A stretch of DNA of 48,393 nt from a virus (lineage: Duplodnaviria > Heunggongvirae > Uroviricota > Caudoviricetes): IMG/VR virus record IMGVR_UViG_2671181055_000011. One strand, given 5' to 3'. The number at the start of each line of letters is the position of its first letter. Within the stretch, counting starts at the first letter, position 1. The notes below the pieces were generated by a model. It was not told the DNA's origin. It saw nothing but the letters and a program-made list of their open reading frames with translations, and did no database searches. This document shows positions 44,161-48,393 of this stretch, piece by piece. The translations under genes were made by a program, and so were the position numbers.

Positions 44161-44684
44161 NNNNNNNNNNNNNNNNNNNNNNNNNNNNNNNNNNNNNNNN
44201 NNNNNNNNNNNNNNNNNNNNNNNNNNNNNNNNNNNNNNNNNNNNNNNNNNNNNNNNNNNNNNNNNNNNNNNNNNNNNNNNNNNNNNNNNNNNNNNNNNNN
44301 NNNNNNNNNNNNNNNNNNNNNNNNNNNNNNNNNNNNNNNNNNNNNNNNNNNNNNNNNNNNNNNNNNNNNNNNNNNNNNNNNNNNNNNNNNNNNNNNNNNN
44401 NNNNNNNNNNNNNNNNNNNNNNNNNNNNNNNNNNNNNNNNNNNNNNNNNNNNNNNNNNNNNNNNNNNNNNNNNNNNNNNNNNNNNNNNNNNNNNNNNNNN
44501 NNNNNNNNNNNNNNNNNNNNNNNNNNNNNNNNNNNNNNNNNNNNNNNNNNNNNNNNNNNNNNNNNNNNNNNNNNNNNNNNNNNNNNNNNNNNNNNNNNNN
44601 NNNNNNNNNNNNNNNNNNNNNNNNNNNNNNNNNNNNNNNNNNNNNNNNNNNNNNNNNNNNNNNNNNNNNNNNNNNNNNNNNNNN
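44161..44684. other. Run of 524 N (masks most of lom)
   Basis: Literal n characters. Confidence 1.
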
Positions 44685-44685
44685 C

Positions 44686-44784
44686 CCGACCGAATCCGTG
44701 GCCATTGATATTGCTTATGAAGGCTCCGGCAGTGGCGACTGGCGCACTGACGGTTTCATCGTGGGTGTCGGTTATAAGTTCTGA
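44686..44784 (+). CDS. lom: Lom outer-membrane protein, visible C-terminal 32 codons only; gene would start near 44164 if the N-run preserves length
   Basis: PTESVAIDIAYEGSGSGDWRTDGFIVGVGYKF matches recalled lambda Lom C-terminus. Confidence 0.7.
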   Translation, partial: PTESVAIDIAYEGSGSGDWRTDGFIVGVGYKF

Positions 44785-44811
44785 TTAGCCAGGTAACACA
44801 GTGTTATGACA

Positions 44812-44838
44812 GCCCGCCGGTTCAGGCGGGCTTTTTTG
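44812..44838 (+). terminator. Intrinsic terminator after lom (gcccgcc-ggttca-ggcgggc plus T6)
   Basis: GC-rich hairpin with T-run, 10 nt before stf ATG. Confidence 0.55.
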
Positions 44839-44848
44839 TGGGGTGAAT

Positions 44849-47809
44849 ATGGCAGTAAAGATTTCAGGTGTACTGAAAGACGGCACAGGAAAACCGGTAC
44901 AGAACTGCACAATCCAGCTGAAAGCAAAACGTAACAGCACCACGGTGGTGGTGAACACGCTGGCCTCAGAAAATCCGGATGAAGCCGGGCGTTACAGCAT
45001 GGACGTTGAGTACGGTCAGTACAGCGTTATTCTGTTGGTGGAAGGATTCCCGCCGTCACATGCCGGGACCATCACTGTGTATGAAGATTCCCGACCCGGT
45101 ACGCTGAATGATTTTCTCGGTGCCATGACGGAGGATGATGCCCGTCCGGAGGCTCTGCGCCGTTTTGAACTGATGGTGGAAGAGGTGGCGCGTAACGCGT
45201 CCGCGGTGGCACAGAACACGGCAGCCGCGAAGAAGTCAGCCAGTGATGCCGGCACATCTGCCCGTGAGGCGGCAACCCATGCGACTGATGCTGCAGGCTC
45301 AGCGCGTGCAGCCAGCACGTCAGCCGGACAGGCCGCGACTTCGGCTCAGGAGGCGTCTTCCAGCGCAGGAACGGCATCAACAAAGGCCACTGAAGCATCA
45401 AAAAGTGCTGCCGCTGCAGAGTCCTCAAAAAGCGCGGCGGCCACCAGTGCCGGTGCGGCGAAAACGTCAGAAACGAATGCTGCAGCGTCACAAAAATCAG
45501 CAGCCACTTCTGCATCCACTGCGACAACGAAAGCGTCAGAAGCCGCCACTTCAGCCAGAGATGCGGCGGCCTCCAAAGAGGCGGCAAAATCATCAGAAAC
45601 GAACGCCTCCACAAGCGCCAGCAGTGCAGCCTCCTCGGCAACGGCGGCAGGAAATTCCGTGAAGGCGGCAAAAACGTCCGAGACGAATGCTAAGTCTTCT
45701 GAAACGGCAGCGGAACAGAGCGCCTCAGCTGCGGCAGACTCTGAGACAGCAGCTGCATCATCGGCCCGTGAGGCGTCCATTAAGGCAGAGGAGGCAGCAG
45801 TCAGTGCCACCGCCGCCGGAAAATCGGCAGAAAGCGCCGCATCATCCGCTTCAACAGCCACAACGAAGGCTGGCGAAGCCACTGAACAGGCCAGCGCAGC
45901 AGCGAGGTCTGCTTCCGCAGCGAAGACATCCGAAACGAACGCGAAAGCGTCGGAAACCAGCGCAGAATCCTCAAAAACGGCTGCCGCATCGTCCGCCAGT
46001 TCGGCGGCGTCATCGGCATCATCTGCGTCTGCTTCAAAAGATGAGGCGACCAGACAGGCGTCAGCAGCGAGGGGCAGCGCCACGACGGCATCCACGAAGG
46101 CGACAGAGGCTGCTGGCAGTGCGGCAGCGGCAGCACAGAGCAAAAGTACGGCGGAATCCGCGGCAACGCGCGCCGAGACAGCAGCAAAACGGGCAGAGGA
46201 TATTGCATCCGCCGTGGCGCTTGAGGATGCGAGCACGACGAAAAAGGGGATAGTACAGCTCAGCAGTGCGACCAACAGCACTTCCGAGTCACAGGCGGCA
46301 ACGCCAAAAGCCGTTAAGGCCGCGTATGACCTGGCTAACGGGAAATACACCGCACAGGATGCAACGACAGCACAGAAAGGGATAGTTCAGCTCAGCAGTG
46401 CGACTAACAGCACTTCCGAGTCACAGGCGGCAACGCCAAAAGCCGTTAAGGCCGCGTATGACCTGGCTAACGGGAAATACACCGCACAGGACGCTACGAC
46501 AGCACAAAAAGGAATTGTCCAGCTCAGTAGTGCAACCAACAGCACATCTGAAACGCTTGCTGCGACACCGAAAGCAGTGAAAGCAGCTAATGACAATGCG
46601 AATGGTCGGGTACCTTCTGCCCGTAAGGTGAATGGTAAGGCGCTTTCAGCGGATATAACACTGACGCCGAAAGATATTGGTACGCTTAACTCAACAACAA
46701 TGTCATTCAGCGGTGGTGCTGGTTGGTTCAAATTAGCAACGGTAACCATGCCACAGGCGAGTTCTGTTGTTTCAATTACGTTGATTGGTGGCGCTGGATT
46801 TAACGTGGGGTCACCTCAACAGGCAGGTATATCTGAACTTGTTTTACGTGCAGGTAATGGTAATCCGAAGGGGATTACTGGTGCTTTATGGCAGCGCACA
46901 TTGACAGGGTTTACAAATTTTGCCTGGGTTAATACATCTGGTGATACTTACGATATTTACGTTGCAATCGGAAATTATGCGACTGGTGTAAATATTCAAT
47001 GGGATTATACCAGTAATGCCAGCGTGACGATTCATACGTCACCAGCATATTCTGCTAATAAGCCGGAAGGGTTAACGGACGGTACAGTTTATTCACTCTA
47101 TACGCCATCAGAGCAGTTTTATCCGCCTGGCGCACCAATCCCGTGGCCATCAGATACCGTTCCGTCTGGCTATGCCCTGATGCAGGGGCAGGCTTTTGAC
47201 AAATCTGCATACCCGAAACTTGCAGCGGCTTATCCGTCAGGCGTGATCCCTGATATGCGTGGCTGGACGATTAAGGGCAAACCTGCCAGTGGTCGGGCCG
47301 TATTGTCTCAGGAACAGGACGGCATTAAATCGCATACCCACAGCGCCAGCGCATCCAGTACGGATTTGGGGACGAAAACCACATCGTCGTTTGATTACGG
47401 CACTAAATCCACGAATAACACTGGTGCGCATACCCATAGTTTAAGTGGCAGCACGAATGCAGCTGGTAATCACAGCCATAGAGATGGCCGTCGATTTAAC
47501 CCCAGTGTTTTTAAAGATACTTATCAATATGGTTATACAAGCTCAGGTCAAAATACCTGGGGTGTACAAGGCTCAGTAGGTATGTCTACGGGGTGGTTAG
47601 CGAATACCAGTATAGATGGTAATCATAGCCATTCACTGTCCGGCACAGCAGCATCTGCAGGTGCACACGCGCATACTGTCGGTATTGGTGCTCATACGCA
47701 CTCCGTTGCGATTGGTTCACATGGACACACCATCACCGTTAACGCTGCTGGTAACGCGGAAAACACCGTCAAAAACATCGCATTTAACTATATTGTGAGG
47801 CTTGCATAA
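44849..47809 (+). CDS. stf: Side tail fibre protein Stf (start at [10 protein letters not shown]; ORF extends to 44843)
   Basis: N- and C-termini match recalled lambda/Rac Stf; Ala/Ser-rich low-complexity middle; HxH-rich C-terminal domain. Confidence 0.9.
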   Translation: MAVKISGVLKDGTGKPVQNCTIQLKAKRNSTTVVVNTLASENPDEAGRYSMDVEYGQYSVILLVEGFPPSHAGTITVYEDSRPGTLNDFLGAMTEDDARPEALRRFELMVEEVARNASAVAQNTAAAKKSASDAGTSAREAATHATDAAGSARAASTSAGQAATSAQEASSSAGTASTKATEASKSAAAAESSKSAAATSAGAAKTSETNAAASQKSAATSASTATTKASEAATSARDAAASKEAAKSSETNASTSASSAASSATAAGNSVKAAKTSETNAKSSETAAEQSASAAADSETAAASSAREASIKAEEAAVSATAAGKSAESAASSASTATTKAGEATEQASAAARSASAAKTSETNAKASETSAESSKTAAASSASSAASSASSASASKDEATRQASAARGSATTASTKATEAAGSAAAAAQSKSTAESAATRAETAAKRAEDIASAVALEDASTTKKGIVQLSSATNSTSESQAATPKAVKAAYDLANGKYTAQDATTAQKGIVQLSSATNSTSESQAATPKAVKAAYDLANGKYTAQDATTAQKGIVQLSSATNSTSETLAATPKAVKAANDNANGRVPSARKVNGKALSADITLTPKDIGTLNSTTMSFSGGAGWFKLATVTMPQASSVVSITLIGGAGFNVGSPQQAGISELVLRAGNGNPKGITGALWQRTLTGFTNFAWVNTSGDTYDIYVAIGNYATGVNIQWDYTSNASVTIHTSPAYSANKPEGLTDGTVYSLYTPSEQFYPPGAPIPWPSDTVPSGYALMQGQAFDKSAYPKLAAAYPSGVIPDMRGWTIKGKPASGRAVLSQEQDGIKSHTHSASASSTDLGTKTTSSFDYGTKSTNNTGAHTHSLSGSTNAAGNHSHRDGRRFNPSVFKDTYQYGYTSSGQNTWGVQGSVGMSTGWLANTSIDGNHSHSLSGTAASAGAHAHTVGIGAHTHSVAIGSHGHTITVNAAGNAENTVKNIAFNYIVRLA
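46244..46640 (+). repeat. Tandem 132-bp (44-codon) repeat inside stf, two near-identical copies plus a third divergent copy ([15 protein letters not shown]... fibre repeat)
   Basis: Copies begin at 46244, 46376 and 46508; first two differ at only a few positions. Confidence 0.8.
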
Positions 47810-48393
47810 TGGCATTCAGAATGAGTGAACAACCACGGACCATAAAAATTTATAATCTGCTGGCCGGAACTAATGAATTTATTGGTGAAGGTGATGCATA
47901 TATTCCGCCTCATACAGGTCTGCCAGCAAACAGTACCGATATTGCACCGCCAGATATTCCGGCTGGCTTCGTGGCTGTTTTCAACAGTGATGAGTCATCG
48001 TGGCATCTCGTTGAAGATCATCGGGGTAAAACGGTTTATGACGTGGCTTCCGGCGACGCGTTATTTATTTCTGAACTCGGTCCGTTACCGGAAAATGTTA
48101 CCTGGTTATCGCCGGAAGGGGAGTTTCAGAAGTGGAACGGCACAGCCTGGGTGAAGGATACGGAAGCAGAAAAACTGTTCCGGATCCGGGAGGCGGAAGA
48201 AACAAAAAACAACCTGATGCAGGTAGCCAGTGAGCATATTGCGCCGCTTCAGGATGCTGCAGATCTGGAAATTGCAACGGAGGAAGAAATCTCGTTGCTG
48301 GAAGCATGGAAAAAGTATCGGGTATTGCTGAACCGTGTTGATACGTCAACTGCACCTGATATTGAGTGGCCTACGAACCCTGTCAGGGAGTAA
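47809..48393 (+). CDS. tfa: Tail fibre assembly protein Tfa
   Basis: 194-aa ORF overlapping stf stop (TAATG); typical Tfa position. Confidence 0.85.
   Translation: MAFRMSEQPRTIKIYNLLAGTNEFIGEGDAYIPPHTGLPANSTDIAPPDIPAGFVAVFNSDESSWHLVEDHRGKTVYDVASGDALFISELGPLPENVTWLSPEGEFQKWNGTAWVKDTEAEKLFRIREAEETKNNLMQVASEHIAPLQDAADLEIATEEEISLLEAWKKYRVLLNRVDTSTAPDIEWPTNPVRE

Noticed and set aside
45016-46749. Large alternative-frame ORFs within stf (for example 45346-46350 minus, 334 aa; 45687-46253 plus, Arg/Pro/Gln-rich)
   Set aside because: They arise from the GC-rich, low-complexity Ala/Ser-encoding repeats of stf, which leave all frames open; the stf frame is the one with lambda-like termini.

Overview
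The window is the interior of a Rac-like lambdoid prophage of an enterobacterium (E. coli-like), running from the integrase stop codon (position 1, minus strand) to the stop codon of the tail-fibre assembly gene (48393). Gene order is: int-xis-ydaC-ralR-recT-recE-racC-ydaE-kilR (leftward early genes), sieB, racR repressor with flanking operator-like repeats, ydaS-ydaT-ydaU-ydaV (immunity and replication), an accessory segment carrying an AT-rich two-gene cassette, a nin-like block (DUF1367-like, ybcO-like, Q-like), a moron with two lipoproteins, the lysis cassette (pinholin, SAR endolysin, Rz/Rz1), trkG, a ParB-like plus glycosyltransferase-like pair, then terminase, portal, head, and lambda-like tail genes (G/GT frameshift, tape measure, M, L, K, I, J, lom, stf, tfa). 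Unlike the defective Rac of E. coli K-12, the full lysis and morphogenesis modules are present. Four N-runs (10237-10589, 19853-20102, 42887-42967, 44161-44684) mask parts of ydaV, the endolysin, J and lom. Two loci stand out as candidate undescribed systems. The first is the AT-rich cassette at 11946-13985, encoding a protein with a C-terminal RNxxxH (HEPN-like) motif followed by a protein with a GNAT-like acetyltransferase motif. The second is a tandem pair of lipoproteins at 18231-19205 whose C-terminal domains resemble TolA domain III, sitting between Q and the lysis genes where Stx phages carry their toxin genes. All functional assignments come from reading the translations and from recalled family knowledge; no database search was run.
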